Shown piece after piece: positions 1 through 10,495 of a stretch of 64,000 nt of DNA. Position numbers and translations under genes: made by a program. The notes beneath the pieces were generated by a model. The model saw only the letters and a list, made by a program, of their open reading frames with translations, did no database searches and was not told where the DNA came from. Each line of letters begins with the position of its first letter. Position 1 is the stretch's first letter. Location: contig CM000430.1 in assembly GCA_000165345.1 (NCBI GenBank), positions 160,001 to 224,000 on the forward strand, written 5' to 3'.

Positions 1-3000
1 TAAATTCTTCTCATTATTATTTCCTCCCTTAATTGTTGTTTTATCAAAAATATTTAATGATATATTATTTTTGTATTGATCTTCAGCTCCTAATCCTTTA
101 GTAAAATTGTTATTTATATTACTATTCCCTATATATTGACTTTCAAAATCTTCATCTTTATTTTCTTTCTTTTTTCCCTCTTCATCATCAATACGATCAT
201 TTGAATTCCCAAACATTTGATAATATCGATAATTATTATTTAAATTATCAAATTGATTCTGTTTTTTCTTATTTTGATTTGATTGAATTGGGTTAATTTC
301 TGATGATAATAATAAGTTGCTTGGACTATTACAGTGGCTCTGTTTGCCAAAACTAAATTCTTTATTTATATTACCACCAGTTTTCATAAAGGTAAAATTG
401 CTCGAACTATTAAAATCACTACAATTATTATTATTCATTGATTTTCGACGATAATTACCACCACTATTTGACCAAATAATGTTATTATTGTGTAAGTTTG
501 ATGGAAATGTATGGATTTCACCATTATTTTGAGAATACATACTTTTTATTGAAGATGATGAAGTTGATAACAATGATTTATTATTATTATTACCATTATG
601 TTGACTAACACTACCACTATAATGAAGTCCAGAATAATCATAGTTTGAATTTATCATATCAAAATTATTAACACTATTAGAATGATCTGTATATAAAGAT
701 GACATATTTTGAATACCATTCATGTAATTATTATTATTATTATTACGACGATTATTCATATTTGAACTCCAAGATGTTTGAAATGGTGAAGTATTATTAT
801 TACCAGTAAAACAACTTTGATTAGAAATTAAACTTTGTTGAGCAAAATGTAAATGTTGATGATGATAATGATGATTATCATTTACATTACGACTAGCATT
901 TTGGCCTTGTCCATATTGGTTATGAGACCATCCATGGTATCCATTATTACCAATACCATTACCAATGCCATTACCAATACCATTGCCATTACCGTTACCA
1001 TTACCATTACCGTTACCATTACCATTACCATTAAAATAACTATTATTATAATTATTATTATTACTAACAAAGCCATTAAAGTGATTGTTATTTTGGTGAG
1101 TTTTTTTTGATGAAGATTGATAATTTTGAAATCTACCAACATCTATCATTCCCATTCCTGATCTTCTTGTTCCATCAAAATTCGAAAAGTTACCTTCTTT
1201 GTTATTATATCCAATTAAGTTTTTTGTATGATTAATATTATTATTACCATTTAATCTACCATTTGAAAAAGCACCTCCTAATCTTCCAGAATAAAATTCA
1301 TTTTCTCTTGTTTGAACATATCCTCCTCCTAAAAGACGATTCTGCATAGAATTGTGTTTACGTTGTTGTGAAGATACATCCATAACACTCTTATCTAAGT
1401 TCTTGAAAGATTTCTGTCCTAAACCTGAAAAAGAAGAAACATCCATACCTGATGAAGAAGATTTCATTACTCTAGTATTCATATTACTAGCTCTGAATTC
1501 TCCTCTTATTCCTCCCATTCTTACTTCTCCTTCTTCTTCCTCTCCTACTCCTACCCCTAATCCTGCTCTTCTCCCTTCCTCCTCCATTGTCCCATTAAAA
1601 CCGGAACCATGACCAGGACCAGGGCCAAGACCAAGACCAATATCAAAACCAAATCCAAGCCGACTAAACTCCGCTTCTTGTCCTTGTAACAAACTATATG
1701 ACATCTTCCGAACTACATTATTGGAATTCAAAGATCTCGAGTAGTTATTATTACAGCTTACTGGAAGTGGAGGCGGACTTGGTATACCACTACTGCCACT
1801 AATGCTATTATTACTACTACTACCAACTCCACCACCAATACCAACGCCACCAACATTAACACCACTACCACCACTACTACCACCACCAACATCACCACCA
1901 CCACTGCTCTCAAAGCCACCCATCTCCACCACCGAGTTGTTTGACGCTGAAAACGATGAAAAAGATGGGTTTGAATTCATATTGGAATTTGATGTTGAAG
2001 CAGACAAATTCCCCCCGGAATTACTTAAACCATCATCTAAACTTTGGTTAGACGAAGTTATAGTGGAAATTGATGAAGAATATGGACGACATGATAGCAT
2101 ACCAAAAATATTATTGTTAATACTTTTGTTATTATTATTATTATTATTATTAATAAATCCCATATTAATATCGGTATCTAAGGTACTGATATTAAAATCA
2201 TATATAGAATCTAAAATGCCATCATTATTATTGCCATTACCATTGTTCACGTTATGTTCGGAAATCGAATTCAAATCAAAATCTTGGATTCCTGATTCTT
2301 CCTCCATATTGAATTCATCCTCGGTTTCATCATCAGAAGAAATAAAACCAACATTACTCACTGATGACTGAATCACAGTATCTATATCTAAAATCCCTGT
2401 TAATGATTTTGTATTTAAATAATGTTGAATACATAATTTAACAAATTTGTTTTCTACTTGAAGAGATTCTGGATTTCTACTCCACTTTGTATGGCAAATT
2501 GGACAATTCTTAAATGGACGATTCTTTATCTTCTTAAAAGAATATGGGGAACAACAATTCACGGAATTTGATACGGTTGTTTGATCTGAAACATTTAATA
2601 ATCCATCTGTTTCATAATCATCATATTGTTTCGAAATTATTGAAGGAGATTGTAATGCATTACTATTACTATTATTATTAGGGTTCAAATTAAAATCGTT
2701 TTTTGATGTATTTGAATCCAAATAAAATATCTCATCCACATTAATAATGCATTTCCAACATAATATATGATTACATATACTTTTAATAGGTTCACTGGTT
2801 TTTTTTTTACATTTCTGACAATAATCAGAAAACATATCTTTTCTAAACACTTTAAGCATTAGATTTCTTAAATTCTTATTCAAGTAATCCAAAGTAATAC
2901 TTTTGTAAAATTCGTGAGAGTTTAACAAAGAATAAGCATCCAATGGATTTTTTATATGTCTGTTGATTGAAACTTTTTTTCTCCTTTTTTTTAGTACTTT

Positions 3001-3597
3001 TATTACGGCAATACTATTCCAAATAATATAAGATCTTAATTTTGCGAGTTTGCCACAACATTCTAATAAGTTGTATAGCCATTCTATGACTCGCTTATCA
3101 TGTACTGATATTTCTATACCAGGATTTACTATATTTGAAAGAGATGAAAAGAACATGAATGATGTATTACCATTACAATTATTATTATTTTTATTGTTAT
3201 TATTATGAATAACATTTCCAATACTCTCACTAAAATGATCTCCATGAAAAACATTCATTTGACCAAAATTTTGATGACAAGATAATAATAGGCTCCAAAT
3301 GTCTCTAGACAAGATGCATAATAAGTCCCTAATATAATTGATATCTCGATTATACATTGCGTCCATTCTGTTCATATCTCGCAGTAGTATATCCTTAAAT
3401 ATTAAATCATATCTTTGAGCTTCAGTCCAATTCTCTTGAGACTCTTGCTCAGAAACCCAACGTATTTTTCGAATTAATAATTTGTAATTTAAATATCTAG
3501 TACCTCTATTATTTCTTGCTTGGACTTGTATTCCTTTAGAGAATTTTACAATCTCCAAGCCAGACTCGGAAATTCTTACGTTTGGTTTATTCGTCAT
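1..3597 (-). CDS. Partial gene, 3' end cut by the window edge. Very large low-complexity protein with an N-terminal globular region, an atypical RING-like Cys/His cluster (CQKC..CNHILCWKC...CPICH), then more than 700 aa of Asn/Gly/Ser-rich sequence including (NG)n and poly-N runs
   Basis: ATG at 3597-3595 on the minus strand. I translated every 60-nt block by hand from 3597 down to about 1560 and found no stop; the frame is still open at position 1 (at least 1199 codons). The track's plus-strand ORFs at 853-2371 are antisense shadows of this low-complexity region. Confidence 0.55.
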   Translation of the reverse strand, partial: MTNKPNVRISESGLEIVKFSKGIQVQARNNRGTRYLNYKLLIRKIRWVSEQESQENWTEAQRYDLIFKDILLRDMNRMDAMYNRDINYIRDLLCILSRDIWSLLLSCHQNFGQMNVFHGDHFSESIGNVIHNNNNKNNNNCNGNTSFMFFSSLSNIVNPGIEISVHDKRVIEWLYNLLECCGKLAKLRSYIIWNSIAVIKVLKKRRKKVSINRHIKNPLDAYSLLNSHEFYKSITLDYLNKNLRNLMLKVFRKDMFSDYCQKCKKKTSEPIKSICNHILCWKCIINVDEIFYLDSNTSKNDFNLNPNNNSNSNALQSPSIISKQYDDYETDGLLNVSDQTTVSNSVNCCSPYSFKKIKNRPFKNCPICHTKWSRNPESLQVENKFVKLCIQHYLNTKSLTGILDIDTVIQSSVSNVGFISSDDETEDEFNMEEESGIQDFDLNSISEHNVNNGNGNNNDGILDSIYDFNISTLDTDINMGFINNNNNNNNKSINNNIFGMLSCRPYSSSISTITSSNQSLDDGLSNSGGNLSASTSNSNMNSNPSFSSFSASNNSVVEMGGFESSGGGDVGGGSSGGSGVNVGGVGIGGGVGSSSNNSISGSSGIPSPPPLPVSCNNNYSRSLNSNNVVRKMSYSLLQGQEAEFSRLGFGFDIGLGLGPGPGHGSGFNGTMEEEGRRAGLGVGVGEEEEGEVRMGGIRGEFRASNMNTRVMKSSSSGMDVSSFSGLGQKSFKNLDKSVMDVSSQQRKHNSMQNRLLGGGYVQTRENEFYSGRLGGAFSNGRLNGNNNINHTKNLIGYNNKEGNFSNFDGTRRSGMGMIDVGRFQNYQSSSKKTHQNNNHFNGFVSNNNNYNNSYFNGNGNGNGNGNGNGNGNGIGNGIGNGIGNNGYHGWSHNQYGQGQNASRNVNDNHHYHHQHLHFAQQSLISNQSCFTGNNNTSPFQTSWSSNMNNRRNNNNNNYMNGIQNMSSLYTDHSNSVNNFDMINSNYDYSGLHYSGSVSQHNGNNNNKSLLSTSSSSIKSMYSQNNGEIHTFPSNLHNNNIIWSNSGGNYRRKSMNNNNCSDFNSSSNFTFMKTGGNINKEFSFGKQSHCNSPSNLLLSSEINPIQSNQNKKKQNQFDNLNNNYRYYQMFGNSNDRIDDEEGKKKENKDEDFESQYIGNSNINNNFTKGLGAEDQYKNNISLNIFDKTTIKGGNNNEKNL
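947..1034. repeat. Imperfect hexanucleotide coding repeat (CCATTA/CCGTTA)n, encoding (NG)n in the minus-strand gene
   Basis: Roughly 14 tandem units, directly visible. Confidence 0.8.
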
Positions 3598-4576
3598 TGC
3601 TCTTTTCCTTAAAAAGAACAAAATTTCTATTAATAATAGTTTCTTTAATTATTTCAAAAAAAAAAAACAATATATTTATATATATACTTTTGATTTATAT
3701 ATTGTTTATTTAGAATGTTAATGCATGCATAAATCTTATATTATTTATACCAAAATTAAACAAGAAGAAATGTTCAATCCAATTATTTTCCTCTTATTAA
3801 TATTATATGTATAAAATATACTTATCGATTTATTTCTTGTCCTTCTAAAACAGTAATCTTTTTGATACTCTTAACTAAGAACACAACTTGAATTATTCAA
3901 TAATCAATGATCTAATGTAAACATGTAACAACACTGATTAGTCTTTTGTATATTATATATTATATTTTGTATTCACACATTAATACATACATTCGAATAA
4001 TACTAATAAATAGTATGTATTTGTGCTAATACTTAACATAAAATATAAATATATATATATAACTAGTCCAATCAGCTGCTGTTATCTCGTACGTATAAAT
4101 GTTAAAGTTATGAAACACTTTAATTCATCTCCTATAAGACAAGACCAACAATTTAATTAAAGGGTTTGAGTTTCAACTTCTTGATAACATAAGAAAAAAA
4201 AAGTTTACTTTCTTTCTCTCCCTCTCCCACTTGTAATTCACTCACTTATTTATCTGCCTAATTTGAATATAATATAATATGAGATATATTTCATTAAATG
4301 CCCTTATATAATGATTATTTCTCCCTTAACCAAAGAAATAAAAAAAAAAGGAGAGGTAATAGAGAATGATAATTATAATAAAGTGAAAATATATAGATGA
4401 ACAGAATAAAATGAGACCCAACTCCCTTCTTTCTCTAATTCACCTTTATAATCACCTTGCTATTATTTATTAACTTTGTATATTCCAAAAGGTATTAATT
4501 TTAATCACTTTCTGTTTGTTAAGTATGTCAATTATTAGATAGGTGTTTCTTAACCTCTAATATTACATACATTAAG

Positions 4577-4660
4577 ATATAAATATATATTGTAAATGTA
4601 AATATAAATATAAATATAAATATATATATATATATATTTATATATTATATTTATATATAT
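4577..4660. repeat. AT-rich microsatellite, (AAATAT)n then (AT)n
   Basis: taaatataaatataaatataaatatatatatatatatat. Confidence 0.8.
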
Positions 4661-5150
4661 GTAATTCCAAGATTACTTTTTTTTTCTTTTATATATTTAT
4701 GTTTTTTTCTCCTTTTTTTTTCCCCTTATTCTTCTTTTTCCGTCCTTGAAATTCAAACAATATTTAATTTACTTATTTTTAATTTTACTATTATTGATTT
4801 CTAATGTTATTGGCCTTTAATTAGTATCAAAATCATTATTATTTTTTTTATTTAATTTATAAATTATTACGCCAAGTCTCATTTAGACAAATTATTTTCT
4901 TGACATTTTATATCTTTTCTAATATTTATTAATTATTAAGAAATAAAACAATAAAATAATAATAATAATAATTCTGCAGGATTTTACCGCCTAACACGTA
5001 ATTTATATAAAAATTAATAATTAAAATAGCCCGGGCAAATTGGGAACAAATAATTTTGCATGGCTAGGGTTAACATGTAGATTATTATTAAATTTTTTTT
5101 TTTTGAATGAGTGGCGATGGTAGTGGGAATGTAAAGAAGAAAAGAAATAC

Positions 5151-5350
5151 GAAGAAGAGAATTTTGAAGGAAATGGGTGTGGAGAAAAGAAGGATGTAGA
5201 TAAGTGTGAGGAGTGGGAGGAGGAATGAGAGAAGTAGGGGTATGGGGAATGGGAGGAATAGGAGTAGGGGTGAGAGGAGGAGGAATGAGGAGTATGAGGA
5301 ATGAGGAGTGAGAGGAGGAATGAGGAGTGAGAGGAGGAATGAGAGGATAT
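5151..5350. repeat. Cytosine-free GA-rich minisatellite with tandem roughly 19-nt units (GAGGAGGAATGAGGAGTGA, 3 near-perfect copies plus degenerate copies)
   Basis: Zero C in 200 nt on the plus strand. Lies 150-350 nt downstream of the corrected PMS stop codon. Confidence 0.8.
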
Positions 5351-5498
5351 CAATATCGTGACAGGTTTTGACAAGACCAATCTTTATCTAAATTTTGTGT
5401 TCTTTTTTTTTTTTTTGAAATATTTATTAGTGAATAACTCACTAGTGAATTAGTTAGTAAATTATATAGTTGGTTAAATTCCTATTATATACTCTGGA

Positions 5499-8400
5499 TT
5501 ATAAAGCTGAGAAATGTCCTAAATGTCTTATAGATGGCCTGCCATGAGGACAGTTCCAAGGCGACTTTAATGTACTCATAGTTTTAACAATACTTTTCAT
5601 CTTTGGAAGATTAAGATCATCTCCAATCATAACAGCACTTCTACAAGCTCTAAAATTAATTATTTAAGTAAAAAAAAAAAGAAGATATACGTATATGAAT
5701 AAACTTACTTGGAAGCAAGTATTGACCAAATCCTTCTTGGTCTTGGAACAATACCTGATGGACACCATAACGTGACATTAGTATTTTCTTGGTCTCCAGT
5801 TGATACTGAAATTGAGTCTTCTTTCTCTTCTTCTTCTTCCTCTTCTTCTACTTCTTCCTCTTCTTCTAATTCTTTGGTTTTCTTCTCCATTAGTTGTTTA
5901 TTTTGTCTACATTCTACACTGATATTAGAGGAAATCTGTCTTGGAAGATCTAAAATTTTTGACTTGGAATCATCAATAATAGATACTCTCACTTTATATT
6001 TATTAATTTGGGAAAGTAAATCCAAGAAATCAATTTGTTTCAATGGAATACCAAGAATTACTGGTAATTGAGTAAGTTGAATTCTAGATCCAATTTCACT
6101 ATTACTATTAAATATAAATCTGAACCCATTTTGCTCAAAGATATCTTTATAACTAATTACTAATTGTTCTTGAGACGGAGTTAAGGATACAGAAAGTGGA
6201 GAAATAAGTTTTTGAGTTTGGATATTACTTAAATCACTATTTAACTTCTCAAATCGAGCCTTTTCATCAGATGCATGTTGATCTATTATAAATATATGTA
6301 ATGATTCCATCATATTTTCCCCATTTTTTTCATTATTCTTATGATTTATGTAATTTTGTTCTTCTTTAATAGAAAGTTTTGTCAAGATAAATCCTTTGTT
6401 AAATTGTCCTATAACTTGTAATTGATTAAAGAGATGCTTCTTAAAGTTAAAACAACGATTACTACTTTGATCATTTTCGGTATCTTTTAACTCAGAAACT
6501 CCACTTTCATTTTTATGAATAATTTTAGTTATATCTTCATTGGGAAGAAACTTCTTTTCATCTCTATTGACTTTTTTTTTATTAAATCTTCCACCAAAAT
6601 GTATACAAACTCCTTTACTATTATTCCATATTCCTTCTTGTTCTGTCTTGTTATACCTCAACTCCATTATTGATTCTACTGGAATACAATTCTTTAGTCG
6701 AATCTTTGTTAAGTTCCTAGGGACTACCTGATTCAAAACAACCTTACCTTTATCCGTGTCCTTTTCCTTGTACTTTTCCTTGTACTTTTCCTTTTCCTCT
6801 TTCTCTTCATTTTCCTTGTTCTTGTCTTTGGTCTTGCTCTTATCCTTGTTTTTGCTCTTATCCTTGTTCTCATCCATATCCACATCCATGCCCTCATCCA
6901 TGTTCTCGTTAAATGAAGGCAAAACAATCTTTCTTATGTTTGAATCCTTTTCTTGATTTGTTAAAAAATCATTTGGATAAAATTCTCTCAAAGATACCTC
7001 ATCTGAACGATGCCTTTTAGTTCCTATAGTCTGATGGGATAATTCTATTGATTCCATTTTTGATTCAGAAAAAGATGTATTGCTAATTTCATCTTTATTC
7101 TCACTCTCATTATTATTTTTCTCATCCTCATTAATTTTCTTTTCTCCAAGTCTTGATGACTCCTCTGAAAAGACCAACTCTGGAGCTTTGCCAGAGTTGG
7201 ATAAATTATCAGTTAAGTGATTATAAGATAAAACAACTTTATCTTTAGGCTTTTGTGAAGAAGAAATCTGAGATTGAGAAATTTCCGTAGTTAAATGATC
7301 TTGAGATGTTGATGGATAATTTAATATACTATTCTGATAACGATTCTCCATAAATTCTTCTCTTTTTATTGGAATATTGTTCTGATAAGAATCTTGAAGA
7401 AATTGTTGTATATTTTCAGCTAATACTGTCTCAACTTTTGCTGGAAGCATAACTATTCTTTTATTTGGAGTAACATTAATATCCAATAAAGATTGGGGAA
7501 GATGAATATTAATCACAAAAGCTGGATAAAGTTTTCTATTATTAAAAGATGATAAAGTTGAATGAATTGAAGAAATTACACGAGAAATTCTTTTTATTGG
7601 ATCAACTGGCCTATTATTAACAGTAAATATTTGGTGATCTGGAGATGGTCTACCTTTATCTAATGATGATATAAAACCAGAAATAATCCATTTTCCACCA
7701 ACCAAAGACTCATCTTGTATTTTTGAATCCATATTTTGTAATTTTGGAACAAAAACTTCTCCCTCCAGTTTAAAGTCTAATGAATTCCCAAGAACAGATT
7801 TACCCCATATATACTGAGCAACTTCTTTTTGACTTGATACTTTTCCTCTTGTCATAATCAACTCTGATTGTATTTGGTTACTTTGATATTTAATTTCACT
7901 TGATTCTCCTATTAACAATCTCTTATGAATCTTCTCTTTCTCAGTATCTGAAAGTGTTCTATTTGAAAGTAAAAATCTGATCATTGGATAACATATAGCA
8001 TATTCTTCTATTAATACTATTAAAGACTTTAGTTGTAATCTTATATTTCTTAAAAATTGTGTTCTTCTTGAAATATATGGAAGAAAAAGACCAATAACTC
8101 TTATTCTTGTTCCTGATTTACTAGAAAAATGATACTTATGAAATTTATCAGAATTCTGATTTTTATTCTCTATTATTAATTCCTCTATCAGACATTTACC
8201 TTTCTCAAAAACAATTTTATTTTCCTTATTGTCATATTTTGTATCAATCTCAACAATCTCTGAACTATTAATTATTGAATTCAAACCTTCTCCTCTAAAT
8301 CCTAAAGTACTTAAATCTTCATGAATGTTATCAAAATTCTCCAATTTGGATGTTACACCTCTCTCACCAATCTTATTCAAGTCTTCTATACCTTTTCCAT

Positions 8401-8572
8401 TATCTAAAACTTCAATTGTTGATGATCCAAAATCTGTTAGAGAAATTAAAATTTCAGTACATCCAGCATCTATTGCATTATCTACTAACTCCTTAATACA
8501 ATCTTGTAATTCTGTTATTACTTGCTGACTACATATTCTATCCTGGTCCTCTTTACTCAATTTCTTTAACAT
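5499..8572 (-). CDS. PMS1: DNA mismatch repair MutL homolog of PMS1/PMS2 type. Two exons (8572..5709 and 5649..5499) with a 59-nt intron at 5650..5708
   Basis: N-terminal GHKL ATPase motifs (ELVDNAIDAG, LDNGKGI, GFRGEGL). C-terminal endonuclease motif IIDQHASDEKARFE. The track ORF ends ...ILASK with its TAA lying inside a GTAAGT donor. After TTTTAG the frame continues ACRSAVMIGDDLNLPKMK...PWNCPHGRPSIRHLGHFSAL*, which aligns residue for residue with the PMS2 C-terminus ([12 protein letters not shown]...HPWNCPHGRPTMRHI). Confidence 0.8.
6758..6905. repeat. In-frame coding minisatellites inside the PMS gene: TTTTCCTTGTAC units encoding (KEKY)n/DKSKNK, and a CATATCCACATCCATGCCCTCATCC unit
   Basis: Direct repeats visible. 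They translate to a charged K/E/D-rich linker between the ATPase and endonuclease domains. Confidence 0.7.
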
Positions 8573-8796
8573 AGTAGAAATATTTGCAACTTTAGTTTGA
8601 ATAATAAAACCTCCATAAATTTAACTATACTATTATAATTAAATAACAATGATTCCAATAATAAATTATTTGAGATCCCCTTGTCCTATTCTCCCTCTTT
8701 TTTTCCTCCTTTATCTCCTATTGTTTATTTTATTCCATCAAATTAATATTTAAAAAAAAAAAATTCCAATAATAATGTATTATTAGGTACGCACAT

Positions 8797-8816
8797 TTTG
8801 GCGCCTAATGTGGGTT
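8797..8816. promoter_or_regulatory. GGCGCC palindrome with adjacent AATGTGGG box (TTTGGCGCCTAATGTGGGTT) in the divergent intergenic region between the PMS and PPPDE genes
   Basis: GC-rich octamer in an otherwise 20% GC spacer. Matches the upstream motif class over-represented in Cryptosporidium intergenic DNA. Confidence 0.5.
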
Positions 8817-9143
8817 TCATGTTTTTTTTTTAATATTTATTAGGAAGCCACAAGAGTGAAAGAGCATTTAAAGAAATTAATTATTTAATTAATTAAAAGA
8901 ATACAAGAAGAAAATAACACATTGAGTATTATTATATTGACAAATAGATCTGTATACAAATAACTAAATATATACATATACAAGCTTAAACAACACTCCA
9001 CACAATAGAAAAACAATAAGAGAAATTATCTCGAATAGAGATTTTTTTTTTTTTTCTCCTTCCCATGGATAAATCAGAAATATTAAATAATATCAGTTTT
9101 AGTAAATTAGGCAATTAATTTCAATAATTATTTGGGTAAAACA

Positions 9144-9953
9144 ATGAATGGAGAATTGAATAAAACCCAATATAATACAAATATAAAAACAACAAATACA
9201 GATTATTTTGACCAAATGGAGAATATTTCAGGATCAAATGTAAGAGGACGCTTGACTTACTCTGATTTACATGTCAAGGATAGCTTCTCGCATGCATATA
9301 GTAATAATAATATTACCAGATGTTCATCAAATTATAGAGAAGAAAACTTTGACAGAGATTCTGGTAGCAACATGGTAATTCTTAATGTATATGATTTAGA
9401 TGCAATTAGTGGAAGTATTAATAGATTTACAAGAGTATTCGAATTGGGAGCTTTTCATGCAGGAATTGAAATTTATGGAGTAGAATACTGTTTTGGATCA
9501 ACTAGTGATGGAAGTAGTGGTATCACAGTAAATCTTCCAAGAAGGCATCCAATACATATCTATAGAGAAAGTGTTAAGATGGGTAGAACTAACTATTCTA
9601 GGGGAGAAATTAAGAGAATTATTAACGAAATGAAGCCTTTATGGCTTGGTTCAGATTATAATATATTCAGGAGAAATTGTTTAACTTTTGCTGACGAACT
9701 TTGTATGGTTCTAAATGTTGGACAAATTCCAAATTATGTCAAACTTCTCCCTGAACTTCTTTGTCAAGCTGGAGATGGACTTGACAAAGTCACCAAACAT
9801 ATTTCAACAATTTTTGACCGTATTGCCTCTAATTGTTCTAATCTTGCAATCGTTGAAAGCGAACAAGAAGAAAAAAATGATCAATCAACGACTAATTCCT
9901 CAGGAATGTCGCCCAAAAAATTTCCTTTTGGAATTAAAAATCCCCTTTTATAA
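9144..9953 (+). CDS. PPPDE/DeSI-type putative peptidase (DUF862, desumoylating isopeptidase family)
   Basis: Motifs VILNVYDL, GAFHAGIEIYGVEYCFG and RRNCLTFADELC match the PPPDE His/Cys dyad architecture. The track start at 9132 is TTG; the first ATG is at 9144. Confidence 0.7.
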   Translation: MNGELNKTQYNTNIKTTNTDYFDQMENISGSNVRGRLTYSDLHVKDSFSHAYSNNNITRCSSNYREENFDRDSGSNMVILNVYDLDAISGSINRFTRVFELGAFHAGIEIYGVEYCFGSTSDGSSGITVNLPRRHPIHIYRESVKMGRTNYSRGEIKRIINEMKPLWLGSDYNIFRRNCLTFADELCMVLNVGQIPNYVKLLPELLCQAGDGLDKVTKHISTIFDRIASNCSNLAIVESEQEEKNDQSTTNSSGMSPKKFPFGIKNPLL

Positions 9954-9987
9954 ATATTCCTTGTTACAAGCGCATTAATTAATGACA

Positions 9988-10004
9988 TTGGCGCCCAATG
10001 TGGT
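9988..10004. promoter_or_regulatory. GGCGCC plus AATGTGG composite (TTGGCGCCCAATGTGGT) upstream of the gene at 10496
   Basis: Near-duplicate of the 8797 element. Confidence 0.45.
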
Positions 10005-10325
10005 AAATAAAGATATGCAATGTTTGCATGTACAATTTTTAATTGAAAAAACGAGAATAAATATAATTTTAAAAGGAGAAAATAAATTAGATAAATTTTA
10101 TAAATTTCAAAAGGTACAAATTCAGGTAATTAAATCATTAGACTAAAGATTCTATTAAATTATGAGCCCTCACTTTTTTTTTCTTTTTTTGAATGAGATA
10201 GTCTGTCATTGAATTCATTTCTCCATTTTTTACGCAAAATCTACTTTTTTTAAAATTTTTAATAAATAATTTATTTTTATATATTTTCTAGAACTATTTG
10301 AGGTAGAAGGGGTACAAAGTTGGAG

Positions 10326-10343
10326 TTCCCGCCAAAAGTTCAG
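10326..10343. promoter_or_regulatory. E2F-like site TTCCCGCCAAAAGTTCAG
   Basis: Matches the E2F consensus TTTSSCGC in inverse orientation. The same 15-mer recurs at 31330. Confidence 0.45.
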
Positions 10344-10495
10344 GCTCTAAAGTTTATTAATAAGAGGAGATAGGCAGAAAAAACGATCAAGCTGAATATA
10401 CGGGCTATTATTATTTTTTTTCCTTGTAAAAATAAAAAACAATAAAATTTTAATAAAATTCTATTTACGACTTGTTGACCATTGTATTAAAAAAG

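Noticed and set aside
853-2371. Plus-strand ORFs 853-1110, 1352-1612 and 1802-2371 (poly-I/T/P/L low-complexity peptides)
   Set aside because: They are antisense reading frames through the (NG)n, poly-N and GGT-rich repeats of the large minus-strand gene. Their composition only mirrors the repeat
5021-5380. Minus-strand ORF of 119 aa (SHSSSHSS.. repeats)
   Set aside because: It is a translation of the cytosine-free GA minisatellite. It has a repetitive Ser/His/Pro composition, no start context, and lies in the PMS 3' region
9715-9978. 87-aa ORF overlapping the 3' end of the PPPDE gene in another frame
   Set aside because: Fully nested in or overlapping a homology-supported CDS. It is an alternative-frame artefact
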